From NCBI GenBank assembly GCA_964291495.2, contig OZ219872.1, positions 96,001 to 160,000 on the forward strand: DNA of 64,000 bases, read 5' to 3'. This DNA is from Dehalococcoidia bacterium. GTDB lineage: Bacteria > Chloroflexota > Dehalococcoidia > UBA2979. Below are positions 1 to 9,180 of the stretch, piece after piece. Position 1 is the first letter of the stretch. Every line of letters starts with the position of its first letter. The translations under genes were made by a program, and so were the position numbers. The notes under the pieces were generated by a model. The model worked only from the letters and a program-made list of their open reading frames with translations. It was not told the DNA's origin and searched no databases.

Positions 1-967
1 CGGCGGCTTGGGCGTCGCGCAGCGGCCGCCCCAGCCGCTCGCGCAGCAGTCGCGCGCCCGGCCCCGTCAGCGTGCGATCGATCGCCCCCAGCAGCGTCGC
101 CTCCGGCCCGCCCGCGCTCTCGAAGAGCTCCAGCGTGCGCCGCGTCTGCGCGTCGAGCGCGACGAACTCGCCGGGGCGCGGCGCGCGCGGCGTGCGCAGC
201 TGGCGCAGCGCCTGCGGCCACGACTCCTCGAGGTAGCCGAGCAGCGCCCCGGCCGCCCCCACCGCCGCTTCCAGGCCCGCCAGCCCGAAGCCCTCGAGGC
301 TGGCGACGCCGTAGCGCTCGCGGAGCGCGCGATCCGCCTCGCCGGGCGCGAAGGCGCGCGCCGGCCTGCTCGTGCGCCGCGCCTCCGGCGCCAGCTCCTC
401 GGGCAGCGCCCCCGCCGCGCCCTCGGGCAGCAGCAGCTCGCGCGCGGCGAGCCGCGCCAGCTCCCCGCCGAGCGCGCCCTCCTCGACCAGCAGACACTCC
501 AGCTCGCCGGTCGTCGCGTCGCAGGCGGCGAGCCCCCAGCGCCGCTCGCTCGCCCCGCCGCGACGCGCCGCGGCGGGCTCCGGGGCGAGCGCGACGAGCC
601 AGTTGTGGCTGCTCTCGGCCAGCAGCGCGCCGCCCTCGACGGTGCCGGGCGTGACGACGCGCAGCACGCGCCGTTCGACGAGCCCGCGGCCGGGCGGCTC
701 GACCTGCTCGGCGAGCGCGACGCGCAGGCCCGCCGTGACGAGCTGATCGAGGTAGCGTTCGAGCGCGTGGTGCGGGATCCCTGCCATCGGCACGCGGCCC
801 TCGCCCTTGCCGAGCGGCCGCGAGGTGAGCGCGATCCCGAGCGTCTCCGCGAGCCGCGCCGCGTCGTCGTCGAACGCCTCGTAGAAGTCGCCCATGCGGA
901 ACAGCAGCAGCGCGTCGCGATGCTGCGCCTTGAGCGCCAGGTACTGCCTGCGAACCGGTGTGGTCAG
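1..967 (-). CDS. mutS: DNA mismatch repair protein MutS, 5' part (runs off window start)
   Basis: Minus strand reads TTPVRRQYLALKAQHRDALLLFRMGDFYEAFDDDA, the MutS domain I signature (FxxGDFYExF). Start uncertain: no ATG/GTG/TTG before the upstream in-frame TAG; CTG at 967 follows GGAGAGG. Confidence 0.93.
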   Translation of the reverse strand, partial: MTTPVRRQYLALKAQHRDALLLFRMGDFYEAFDDDAARLAETLGIALTSRPLGKGEGRVPMAGIPHHALERYLDQLVTAGLRVALAEQVEPPGRGLVERRVLRVVTPGTVEGGALLAESSHNWLVALAPEPAAARRGGASERRWGLAACDATTGELECLLVEEGALGGELARLAARELLLPEGAAGALPEELAPEARRTSRPARAFAPGEADRALRERYGVASLEGFGLAGLEAAVGAAGALLGYLEESWPQALRQLRTPRAPRPGEFVALDAQTRRTLELFESAGGPEATLLGAIDRTLTGPGARLLRERLGRPLRDAQAA

Positions 968-1049
968 GGCGTCAGCGCGCCTCTCCGGGGATGCCCGCTA
1001 GTGTAGCCCAGCCCCGCCGGGTTCAACAGTGCGTCCACAGGGGCGGGGG

Positions 1050-2705
1050 CTATTGCTCCGTTACGTACGGGCTGGAGGCGGAGCAACCGGTGGTGTTGCA
1101 GGCTCTGACCCTGTAGGAGTCGTAGTAGAAGAAGCTCGGGTCCACGTCGCGATAGGAGGTCTCCCTCACGCGGGCTTCAAGTACGAATTGCGTGCCGGTC
1201 GCGTGGTGGTCGACCTCGTAGTGCGTGGCGCCTGGGACCACATTCCAACTCACGAGTATGTCGTCCGGCGCGAACGCGATGTCGATCTTGGTCAACCTGA
1301 GACCGGTCGGCGTGGTCGGTACGAACGAGGCTGATGTGGCGAAGCAGAACTCGTACGACCGCGACCAATGAGTGGAGATGTCGTCCTCGGCGATCTCGAG
1401 CTCATGGCAGCCTGGACCGAGCGCAAGCAGAGCGTCCCACATGCCGGCCTGAGCGACGGCCGAGCCTCCGTTGAACCGGTAGACCACGTCGTCGAAGTTG
1501 ACAAAGTCAGCCCACAGCAGCCACCGGCCACGAGCCGGGTCCAACGCCGTCGAGCGAGCACGGCACTGATCCGCAGTGAGATCCTCGGACTGTGAAACCG
1601 TACAGAAGGCGCTGATGGTGAGGAGACTCTGGGCAGCCGTCGCTTCGACGACGTGCGGCGACGAGCGCAGGTTTGCGAGTTGGGCGACGACGGTCTCAGC
1701 CGCAATGCCGTAGCCAATGCCGTCGATGTCGCGCCCGCCAGGTGTTTGGTCCGCCTTGGATGTCGCGACGCCGACCACGTTCCCGCAATCGTCGACGATC
1801 GGCCCGCCGCTGTTGCCGGGATTGATCTCCGCGTCGGTCTGGAGCGCCAAGGCGCCGGAGGCGAGCCGGACGTACTTCGAGACAATGCCGCGCGTGGCCG
1901 ACGGGGTACCGCTCACGCCAGACGGGAAACCGACTACCCGAACGAAAGCGTCGAGGGCGGGACGCGATGCGGCGAAGCTCAAGGCGCGCACGGATGCCGG
2001 CGGCTCCGCGAGAAGCAGTGCCAGATCGTGGTCTGGAAGGCTCCCGGCAACCCTGGCAGAGATGCGCGAGTGGCCGTACACGAGCGTGGCTTCTGCTACA
2101 TCAGCGACCACGTGGTGGTTCGTGATCCACTCACTACCGCCGATGTAGAAGGCGGTACCTGTGCCGGTCGTAGTTTGCACCTGGAAGGTCGCGGCGCGCA
2201 CCTGCTCCGTTGAGACGCACGCGGCAGTGGCCGGAGCAGTCCCAGCCGGAACGTTGACGGGCGAGGCGTAGCGCCACGCCTGCAATGCGATCAGTCGCGG
2301 CGTCATGAACCGGGAACTCCCGAACAGCAACTCGCCCCACGAACTGTCCTCACCCCGCGCCTGGATCGCGAACTCGACGCTGCCGCTCGCCGTCCCGCGT
2401 GCGGCCACACGGACCGCGTGCCCATCCCCCACCGTGACCGGCGTGGCGTAGCGCCACGCCTGTAGGGCGATCAGCCGGGGTGACATGAAGCGCGAACGCC
2501 CGAACAGCAGCTCGCTCCACGAGCCGCCCGCAACCCGCTGCTGGATCGCGAACTCCACGCTGCCGCTCGCCGTCCCGCGAGCGGCTACACGGACCTCCGG
2601 CGCCGCGGCCTCGGCCATCGATTGTGCGTCTGCCCTCGGCACCTCGATCGAGGCCGCAAGCGCGGCGATCACCACGAGCAGGCATGCCGACAGCTTGAGG
2701 GTCAT
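1050..2705 (-). CDS. Secreted trypsin-like (S1/HtrA-type) serine protease with two N-terminal 60-aa repeats and C-terminal FN3-like domain
   Basis: Signal peptide; catalytic motifs ITNHHVV, DHDLALL, INPGNSGGP; C-terminal PTTPTGL..VSWNVVPGATHY..YRVRACN. Confidence 0.85.
   Translation of the reverse strand: MTLKLSACLLVVIAALAASIEVPRADAQSMAEAAAPEVRVAARGTASGSVEFAIQQRVAGGSWSELLFGRSRFMSPRLIALQAWRYATPVTVGDGHAVRVAARGTASGSVEFAIQARGEDSSWGELLFGSSRFMTPRLIALQAWRYASPVNVPAGTAPATAACVSTEQVRAATFQVQTTTGTGTAFYIGGSEWITNHHVVADVAEATLVYGHSRISARVAGSLPDHDLALLLAEPPASVRALSFAASRPALDAFVRVVGFPSGVSGTPSATRGIVSKYVRLASGALALQTDAEINPGNSGGPIVDDCGNVVGVATSKADQTPGGRDIDGIGYGIAAETVVAQLANLRSSPHVVEATAAQSLLTISAFCTVSQSEDLTADQCRARSTALDPARGRWLLWADFVNFDDVVYRFNGGSAVAQAGMWDALLALGPGCHELEIAEDDISTHWSRSYEFCFATSASFVPTTPTGLRLTKIDIAFAPDDILVSWNVVPGATHYEVDHHATGTQFVLEARVRETSYRDVDPSFFYYDSYRVRACNTTGCSASSPYVTEQ
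2266..2595 (-). repeat. Two ~180-nt tandem intragenic repeats
   Basis: VRVAARGTASGSVEFAIQ...W(S/G)ELLFG.SRFM.PRLIALQAWRYA occurs twice with a 180-nt period. Confidence 0.9.
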
Positions 2706-2730
2706 GCAGTCGTCGCGGAGCGCGCGCCCC

Positions 2731-4632
2731 CTACGTCACCGCCCGCGCCACCGCGAGCGCGACGAGGTCGTCGCGGGCGATGCCGCGCGGGGCGAGGTCG
2801 TAGCAGGCCCCGCAGCGGATGCAGAGCTCGTCGTCCAGCGAGTAGCCGCCGCGCGGCGACCCGCGGATGGCGTCCACGGGGCAGATCAGGCGCGCCGACT
2901 CCAGCCGCGGGTCGCTCTGGTCGGCGATGCGGAAGCGCAGGAAGCCGCGACCCCGCAGCTCCGGGTCGGCCGCCGCGACGTGCGCGTCGAACTCCTCGCT
3001 GAAGTAGCGCAGCGTGTTGCGCATGATCGTCGGGCTGGCCGATCCGTGCACGCAGTTCGAGTACTGCAGCGCCTGCCCAAGCTGCTCGAGGTTGTAGCGG
3101 TCCTCGCCCCGGCCGCCGCCGTCGAGCACGCGCTTGAACACCTCGGTCATGCGCTGGTTGCCGTGGTGGCAGCTCGTGCAGCGCCCGCACGACTCCTCCT
3201 CGAGGAACTCGGAGAACATCACATTCAACTCGATCGAGTTCGCGTCCTCGCCGACGAAGACGATGCCGCCGGCGCCGATCAGCGTGCCGTGCTGGGCGAA
3301 GTCCTCCTTCTCGAGGTTCAGCCCGTCGGCGATCGCGGCCGGCAGGTAGCCGGCCAGCGGACCGCCCGGCTGGATCGCCTTCAGCTCGCCCGGCGCGCCG
3401 CTGCTGCGCGTCGCCCCGCCGAGCGCCGTCAGCACCTCGCGCAGCGGCGTGCCCCAGGGCAGCTCCATGAAGCCGGTGCGCGCGATGTCGCCCGAGAACG
3501 AGAAGATCTTCGTGCCGCTGTTGCGCTCCGTGCCCTGCTCGCGGTACCAGTCCGCACCGTGCGCGAGCACGAGAGCGGCGTTCGCGTAGGTCTCGACGTT
3601 GTTGACGTTGGTCGGCTTGTAGAAGACGCCGGCCTGCGCCGGGAACGGCGGCTTGATGCGCGGCATCCCGCGATCGTCCTGGATCGAGGCGATCAGCCCC
3701 GTCTCCTCGCCGCAGACGTAGGCGCCCGCCCCGACGATCACCTCCAGCGTGCAGGAGAAGTCGCTGCCGAGGATATTGTCGCCGAGCAGCCCCGCCTGCT
3801 CGGCCTGCGCGATCGCCTCGCGCACGCGCTCGACCGCCAGCGGGTACTCGCCGCGGATGTAGATGAAGCCGTGGATCGCCGCCGTCGCGTAGGCCGCGAT
3901 CAGCATGCCCTCGATGATCAGGTGGGGGTCGCCCTCCATCAGCACGCGGTTCACCCAGGCGCCGGGGTCGCCCTCGTCGGCGTTGCAGACCAGGTAGCGC
4001 TCGTCGTCGGGCGCGCCGGCGAGGAAGTTCCACTTCACGCCGGCGGGGAAGAAGGCGCCGCCGCGCCCGATCAGCCCGGCGTCCCCCTGCAGCTGGCGCA
4101 CGGCCTCCGCGCCGTGGTGGCGATCGACCATCCGCGCCAGCGCGTGGTAGCCGCCCGTCGCGACGTAGTGCTCCAGCGACTCCGGGTCGCTGCGCCCGAT
4201 CCGCGCGAGCAGCCGCCGCTCGTCCTCGCAGGCGAGGAAGGGATGCGCCTCGATCGGCGGCAGCCCCGGCCGCTCCCCGGCGATCACGCCGAGCGCCAGC
4301 TCCGCCGCCGCGCCCGCGCGTCCCGTCGCCTCGTCGATCAGCAGCCCGACCTTGTCCGGGGTGACCGGGCCGTAGAGCACCGAGGCGCCGTCCGGCCAGG
4401 TGATCTGCGCGAGCGGCTGCAGCCACTGCAGCCCGTAACCGTGCACGCGCCCGAGGTCGACCGCCGCGCCGCGCGCCTCGGCCTCCGCCTCGAGCGCGGC
4501 CTGCGTGCGCCCCGCGCCCGCGGCCAGCGCCGAGGTCTCCCAGGCGAGGTCGATGCGCGGCCGCACGGGCCGCTGCCACTCGGCGTAGGCGGCGTCGGCC
4601 GGTTCGCGCAGCGCGGCGTAGGCGTCGAGCAT
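2731..4632 (-). CDS. nuoF: NuoF/HydB-like NADH-binding flavoprotein subunit (diaphorase)
   Basis: GRGGAFFP, CNADEGDPG, GAGAYVCGEET, KPTNVNNVET, ESCGRCTSC..C; start at MLDAYAAL (ATG 4632). Confidence 0.88.
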   Translation of the reverse strand: MLDAYAALREPADAAYAEWQRPVRPRIDLAWETSALAAGAGRTQAALEAEAEARGAAVDLGRVHGYGLQWLQPLAQITWPDGASVLYGPVTPDKVGLLIDEATGRAGAAAELALGVIAGERPGLPPIEAHPFLACEDERRLLARIGRSDPESLEHYVATGGYHALARMVDRHHGAEAVRQLQGDAGLIGRGGAFFPAGVKWNFLAGAPDDERYLVCNADEGDPGAWVNRVLMEGDPHLIIEGMLIAAYATAAIHGFIYIRGEYPLAVERVREAIAQAEQAGLLGDNILGSDFSCTLEVIVGAGAYVCGEETGLIASIQDDRGMPRIKPPFPAQAGVFYKPTNVNNVETYANAALVLAHGADWYREQGTERNSGTKIFSFSGDIARTGFMELPWGTPLREVLTALGGATRSSGAPGELKAIQPGGPLAGYLPAAIADGLNLEKEDFAQHGTLIGAGGIVFVGEDANSIELNVMFSEFLEEESCGRCTSCHHGNQRMTEVFKRVLDGGGRGEDRYNLEQLGQALQYSNCVHGSASPTIMRNTLRYFSEEFDAHVAAADPELRGRGFLRFRIADQSDPRLESARLICPVDAIRGSPRGGYSLDDELCIRCGACYDLAPRGIARDDLVALAVARAVT

Positions 4633-4636
4633 CGCG

Positions 4637-5164
4637 CTAGCCCTGCCCCGCCGCCGTGCCGTTCTCGGGCAGGCCGAGCGTCTCCGGGTCCTCGCCGGCG
4701 GCGAGCGAGCGCGCCAGCTCAACCGCGCGCGCGGCGTTGAGCTTGCCGACGACGCGGCCCTGCAGCCAGACCTGCGGCGCCTGCTCGCAGGTGCCGACGC
4801 ACTGGCCGAGCGTGAAGGCGACGCGCCCGTCGGGGCTGTCCCCGCCCAGCTCGCAGCCGAGCACGGCCTCGATCGCGCCGCGGATGCCGTTCGCGTTGCG
4901 CAGCCGGCAGGCCGGGCCCGAGCACCAGGCGAGCGAGACCGGCGGCGGCGGCGTGGTGCGGAAGTCCGAGTAGTAGGTGGTCGCGCCGTAGACGTGCGCC
5001 GGGGTCAGCCGCAGCTGCTGCGCGACGACCTCCATCGCCTCGCGCGAGATGTAGCCGTAGGCGTGGTGGATCCGGTGCAGCGCCTCGAGCAGGTCGCCGT
5101 CGCCCGGCACGAGTCCGTCGAGCAGCGCGCGGATTGCGGCCTTCGCCTCGGTCTCGAGCGGCAC
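4637..5164 (-). CDS. nuoE: NuoE/HydC-like [2Fe-2S] subunit
   Basis: LLEALHRIHHAYGYI..VYGATTYY, C-SGPA-C ... C-VGT-C-EQAP. Confidence 0.88.
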   Translation of the reverse strand: MPLETEAKAAIRALLDGLVPGDGDLLEALHRIHHAYGYISREAMEVVAQQLRLTPAHVYGATTYYSDFRTTPPPPVSLAWCSGPACRLRNANGIRGAIEAVLGCELGGDSPDGRVAFTLGQCVGTCEQAPQVWLQGRVVGKLNAARAVELARSLAAGEDPETLGLPENGTAAGQG

Positions 5165-5280
5165 GCTCGCTCCCTCACGTCCGCGCGGCGGCGCCGTCCG
5201 CGCCGTCCTGCTGTCAGTCCCGGCTGTCCGCCCCGACTATATGAGCGCGCCATGGTCCGAACAAGGAACGCGCCGGCCCC

Positions 5281-6066
5281 TCACTCCCCGTCCGGCGCTT
5301 CCGGCGCCTCCAGCGCGGCGAGCACCCGCGCCTTGAGCGCGACGAAGACCCCGGCCGTGACGTCGGCGCTGCGGCGCGGCCGAGCGAGCGGCACCTCGAT
5401 GCGCTCGACGATGCGGCCGGGGCGCGGCGACATCACGTAGACGACGTCGGAGAGCAGCAGCGCCTCGTCGACGTCGTGCGTCACCAGCAGCACCGTGCGG
5501 CCGTCGCGGCCCCAGACGTCCTGCAACCAGCCCTGCATCCCGCGCCGCGTGTGCGCGTCGAGCGCCCCGAACGGCTCGTCGAGCAGCAGCGTCTCGCGCG
5601 GCATCAGGAAGGTGCGCAGCAGCGCGAGGCGCTGCCGCATCCCGCCCGAGAGCTGCGCCGGCCACGCGCGCTCGAAACCTCCGAGCCCGAAGCGCGGATA
5701 GAGCTCGCGCGCCCGCGCCCGCACCTCCTCGCGCGCGACACCCGCGACTTCCGCTCCGAGCGTCGCGTTGCCCTCGACGCGCCGCCAGGGCAGCAGCAGG
5801 TCGCGCTGCGGCATGTAGGCGGTCAATCCCGGCTCGCCGATGGTGCTTGCGCCGTCGACCGACGCCTCGCCGCGCGAGGGCACGAGCAGCCCCGCGAGCA
5901 CCTGCAGCACCGTGCTCTTCCCGCAGCCGCTCGGGCCGAGCAGGCTGACGAAGGCGCCGCGCGCCGCCTCGAGGTCGACCGCCTCGAGGGCGGCCACGGG
6001 CGGGTCGCCGGGGTAGCTGTGACCCAGCGACCGCACCCGCAGCGCGGGCTCGCCCGCGGCGCTCAT
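5281..6066 (-). CDS. ABC transporter ATP-binding protein (ThiZ/SsuB-like)
   Basis: GPSGCGKST, LSGGMRQR, LLLDEPFGALD, VTHD. Confidence 0.9.
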   Translation of the reverse strand: MSAAGEPALRVRSLGHSYPGDPPVAALEAVDLEAARGAFVSLLGPSGCGKSTVLQVLAGLLVPSRGEASVDGASTIGEPGLTAYMPQRDLLLPWRRVEGNATLGAEVAGVAREEVRARARELYPRFGLGGFERAWPAQLSGGMRQRLALLRTFLMPRETLLLDEPFGALDAHTRRGMQGWLQDVWGRDGRTVLLVTHDVDEALLLSDVVYVMSPRPGRIVERIEVPLARPRRSADVTAGVFVALKARVLAALEAPEAPDGE

Positions 6067-6090
6067 CCGCGACGCTCCGCCTCGCCCTCG

Positions 6091-7071
6091 CTACGGCTCC
6101 GGCAGGAACTCGTTCGTGAACGCCGCGCCCACGTCGACCGGCGCGTCGATCAGCCCGGCCTCGCGCAGGAACGCCTCGAAGCGCTGCCAGGTGGCGTGCT
6201 CCTGCTCGCCCCAGACGCGGCCCTGCGCCCTGTAGCGCGTCGAGTGGTACACCGCGCTCGCCCGCACCAGCGCCTCGTCCAGCTCCGGCGCGGCCTCGAG
6301 CAGCAGCGTCGCCGCCTCGTCCGGGTTCGCGATCGCGTGCTCGTAGCCGCGCGTCGTCGCCTTCAGGAAGTCGCGCACGAGGTCCGGGTCGTCCTCGATC
6401 AGCTGGCGGCTGGTGATCAGGATCGGCGTGTACCAGTCCGGGATGCAGTCGGTGTGCTCGATGAACAGGATGTTGCCCAGCGCGCGGCCCTCGAGCTGGC
6501 TGGCGCGCAGCGCGTCCCAGCCCTCGAACACCCAGACGAAGTCGAAGCGGTCCTGGTCCATCCCGCCGAGGTAGTCGATGTTCCCGACCTCGACGAACTC
6601 GACGAGCGAGGGATCGCCGCCGTCGCACTCGATGAGGGTGTCGATCAGCTGCTTCTCCAGCAGGCCGCCCCAGCCGCCGTAGGTCTTGCCCTCGAGGTCC
6701 TTCGGGCGCGTGATGCCCTCCTCGGCGAGGGCCATCAGGCTGGAGTCGTTGTAGGGCAGCAGCGCCGCGATCGAGACCACGTCCGCGCCGCCGAGGCGTG
6801 CGGGCAGCAGGCTCTCCGCCTGGGAGATCCCGAAGTGCGCCGTGCCGGCGCCGACGACGGCGTCGGCTCCGGCGGGGGCCGGCTCGATGATCGTGAGCTC
6901 AATGCCCTCTTCTTCGTACCAGCCGTTCTGCAGCGCGGTGTAGATCCCGGCGTGGTGGTTGTTCGGCGTCCAGTTCAGCATCAGCGTCACCGGGCGCGCC
7001 TCCTCGTCGCCTCCGCAGGCGGCGAGCAGTAGCGCGGCGAGCGCGCCGACGAGCAGCAGCAGTCGTCTCAT
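6091..7071 (-). CDS. thiY: Thiamine-precursor (HMP) ABC substrate-binding lipoprotein, ThiY/NMT1-THI5 family
   Basis: Lipobox LLAAC; LNWTPNNHHAGIY; PDWYTP; lies in a TPP-riboswitch operon. Confidence 0.82.
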   Translation of the reverse strand: MRRLLLLVGALAALLLAACGGDEEARPVTLMLNWTPNNHHAGIYTALQNGWYEEEGIELTIIEPAPAGADAVVGAGTAHFGISQAESLLPARLGGADVVSIAALLPYNDSSLMALAEEGITRPKDLEGKTYGGWGGLLEKQLIDTLIECDGGDPSLVEFVEVGNIDYLGGMDQDRFDFVWVFEGWDALRASQLEGRALGNILFIEHTDCIPDWYTPILITSRQLIEDDPDLVRDFLKATTRGYEHAIANPDEAATLLLEAAPELDEALVRASAVYHSTRYRAQGRVWGEQEHATWQRFEAFLREAGLIDAPVDVGAAFTNEFLPEP

Positions 7072-7072
7072 C

Positions 7073-7855
7073 TCAATCTCCTTCCGCCGGGGCGCCTGCG
7101 TGACGCCACGGCATCGAATACCTCGCGAGCAGGTGGACGCAGACGAAGAGCGCGATGCTGATCAGGGCGATCAGCACCACCGCCATGAAGATCTGGTCCG
7201 TGCGGAACGCTCGCTGGGAGCGCACGATGAACAGCCCGAGGCCGGAGCTCGCCCCCATCCACTCGGCGATCACCGCGGCGATCACCGCATAGGCGGCCCC
7301 GATCTGCAGCCCCGCGAAGAACGAGGGCACCGCCGAGGGGATCAGCACCAGCCGCAGCACCTTGAGCCGATCGGCGCCCATGCTGCGCACCAGCGCCACC
7401 ATCTCGCGGTCGGCGTTCATCAGCCCGTCGGCGGTGTTCACGGCGATCGGGAAGAAGCCGATCAGCACGACGATCACGACCTTCGGGGTGAGGCCGAAGC
7501 CGAACCAGACCGCGAGCAGCGGCGCGAGCACCAGCACCGGGATGTTCTGGCTGACCACGAGCAGCGGGTAAAGCACGCGCCGCGCCAGCGGCAGGCTGGC
7601 GATCAGCGCCGCCGTCGTCACGCCCAGCAGCGCCGCCAGCGCGAGCCCGAGCAGCGCCTCCGTCAGCGTCGTGCGGATGTGCCCCGGCAGCACCCCTCGC
7701 TGGTCGAGGAAGGCGTCCAGCAGCGAGCCCGGCGGCGGCATCAGGTAGGACGGCGTCCCGGCGACGCGCACCCAGACGTCCCAGACGACGATCAGCGCGG
7801 CGAGGAACAGCGCCGCCGGCAGATAGTGCCGCGCCGCGCGCAGCGCCCGCGTCAT
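7073..7855 (-). CDS. ABC transporter permease (ThiX/SsuC-like)
   Basis: Hydrophobic; SQNIPVLVLAPLL, RSMGA..LIPSAVP, IAEWMGASSGLG; start MTRALRAA overlaps the upstream stop. Confidence 0.88.
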   Translation of the reverse strand: MTRALRAARHYLPAALFLAALIVVWDVWVRVAGTPSYLMPPPGSLLDAFLDQRGVLPGHIRTTLTEALLGLALAALLGVTTAALIASLPLARRVLYPLLVVSQNIPVLVLAPLLAVWFGFGLTPKVVIVVLIGFFPIAVNTADGLMNADREMVALVRSMGADRLKVLRLVLIPSAVPSFFAGLQIGAAYAVIAAVIAEWMGASSGLGLFIVRSQRAFRTDQIFMAVVLIALISIALFVCVHLLARYSMPWRHAGAPAEGD

Positions 7856-8163
7856 GAGGCGGGATCGCCGTTGCGGAACGGGGCCGTCAGCCCCTCCATC
7901 CACGGCGTGCCGTCGTCCACGGCCCGTTGGCCGACCTTGATCACCGAGACCACGCTGTCCGCCCCGGATTCGAGGCAGGCCTCGTGGACCCGGCGCAGCA
8001 GCGGCCACAGTTCGTCGGGGTCGCCCTCGACGGTCGAGCCGAGCGCGCCGACCTCGTACCTGAGGCCGGACTGCTGGATGACGGCGATCGCCCGCTCGAC
8101 GTGCTCGAACTCGATCTCCGCCGTGCCCGGCGGCGTCGGCAGGCACTCGATTTCCACGATCAC
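7852..8163 (-). CDS. Thiamine-binding protein (MTH1187/YqgV, DUF77 family)
   Basis: VERAIAVIQQSGLRYEVGALGSTVEGD..VHEA; first gene after the TPP riboswitch. Confidence 0.85.
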   Translation of the reverse strand: MIVEIECLPTPPGTAEIEFEHVERAIAVIQQSGLRYEVGALGSTVEGDPDELWPLLRRVHEACLESGADSVVSVIKVGQRAVDDGTPWMEGLTAPFRNGDPAS

Positions 8164-8280
8164 GCGGCGCCTCCTCCCTCGCAGCGTGCGAGGAATGCGC
8201 CGCGCGACTCGGAGCGCGAGTGGGCAGGTGGCCGGGAAACGCTAGCGGGCGGCCCCCGTCGGGCCGGTCGGCTTCGTCAT

Positions 8281-8370
8281 CACCGCGTTCCCTACGCTCG
8301 CATTACCGAGATCAGGTTCTGGGGTTGTCCTCGGACGGATCTCAGCCTTGCGGCTCCCCCAGCGGCGCTC
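8281..8370 (-). ncRNA. TPP (THI-box) riboswitch
   Basis: Minus strand GGGGAGCC..GCTGAGA..ACCCCAGAACCTGATCTCGGTAATGCGAGCGTAGGGAA matches the TPP aptamer consensus, upstream of thiamine transport genes. Confidence 0.95.
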
Positions 8371-8412
8371 CACGCACGCCCGGCGCTCCGGCCGGGCCTT
8401 GCGATCGCTTCG

Positions 8413-8442
8413 AGGCTACGGAGGCACGAGCGTCGCTGTCAA
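8413..8442 (-). promoter_or_regulatory. Sigma70-type promoter of the thiamine operon
   Basis: TTGACA-N18-TAGCCT upstream of the riboswitch. Confidence 0.7.
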
Positions 8443-8529
8443 CGCGCTATCGCTACCCGGACGATCACCAGCGCCGGGCGGTCACCAATCGGAAGTCCGG
8501 CCACCGACGCGACACCCACGACGGGAGGC

Positions 8530-9012
8530 TCACCACGAATCGCGTGCCACCTCGAGGATTTGGTCGAACAACTCCGCAAGCCCCTCCGCATCCGAAGCCA
8601 CCCCACGCCCGCACTCTTCCCCGGCCTCGAGCACGCTCAGGCATAGCCACGAGCGTCCGTCCGAGGTGACGAGCACGAGGCCCGCCTGCTCGCTCTGCGG
8701 TCCCCCCTCCGAGTGCATCGTCAACTCCAATCCCTCGGGAACGAAGAAGTACAGGAGCCGCCCCTCCAGCACCTGGGACGTATAGCGGTAGTGGCCGGGC
8801 GCCAGCACGGAGCCGAGCGCGACGGGGGTCGCCTCCGGGTAGGTGTTGATCACGATGCCCGTGGGGCGCGGCTTCGGCTTCACGAGCGGCATCGGCGGAG
8901 GGCGATCGCCACCTGTCGTGACGGCCGCCCACACCCCGATCCCGACGCCAACGATGGCAACGAGTGCGATCGTCAGGCCTGCCAACCACCGTGCCCGCCA
9001 GCGAACGCGCAT
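8530..9012 (-). CDS. Hypothetical membrane-anchored protein
   Basis: GGAGAGG RBS, N-terminal TM helix, Pro-rich linker. Confidence 0.6.
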   Translation of the reverse strand: MRVRWRARWLAGLTIALVAIVGVGIGVWAAVTTGGDRPPPMPLVKPKPRPTGIVINTYPEATPVALGSVLAPGHYRYTSQVLEGRLLYFFVPEGLELTMHSEGGPQSEQAGLVLVTSDGRSWLCLSVLEAGEECGRGVASDAEGLAELFDQILEVARDSW

Positions 9013-9180
9013 CGCGGCCTCTCCTTCGCGCTCCAGAGCGGCTGATCGGAGTCACGAGGTCAGGCGTGCGCCGCGGGAATCGCACCTGCCCGACGCCTGG
9101 ACGCGCCTCGTGCAGCGGCCCGCGTAGACAATACGCTCGCACTATCACATTGGATTCTGTCGAAGCGCTCAGCGCGTGCG

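Noticed and set aside
8-1006. Long plus-strand ORF, and many similar Arg/Ala-rich ORFs (e.g. 2485-4740, 24221-27145, 36230-38311, 60958-62940)
   Set aside because: Antisense or alternate-frame shadows of well-supported genes in high-GC DNA.
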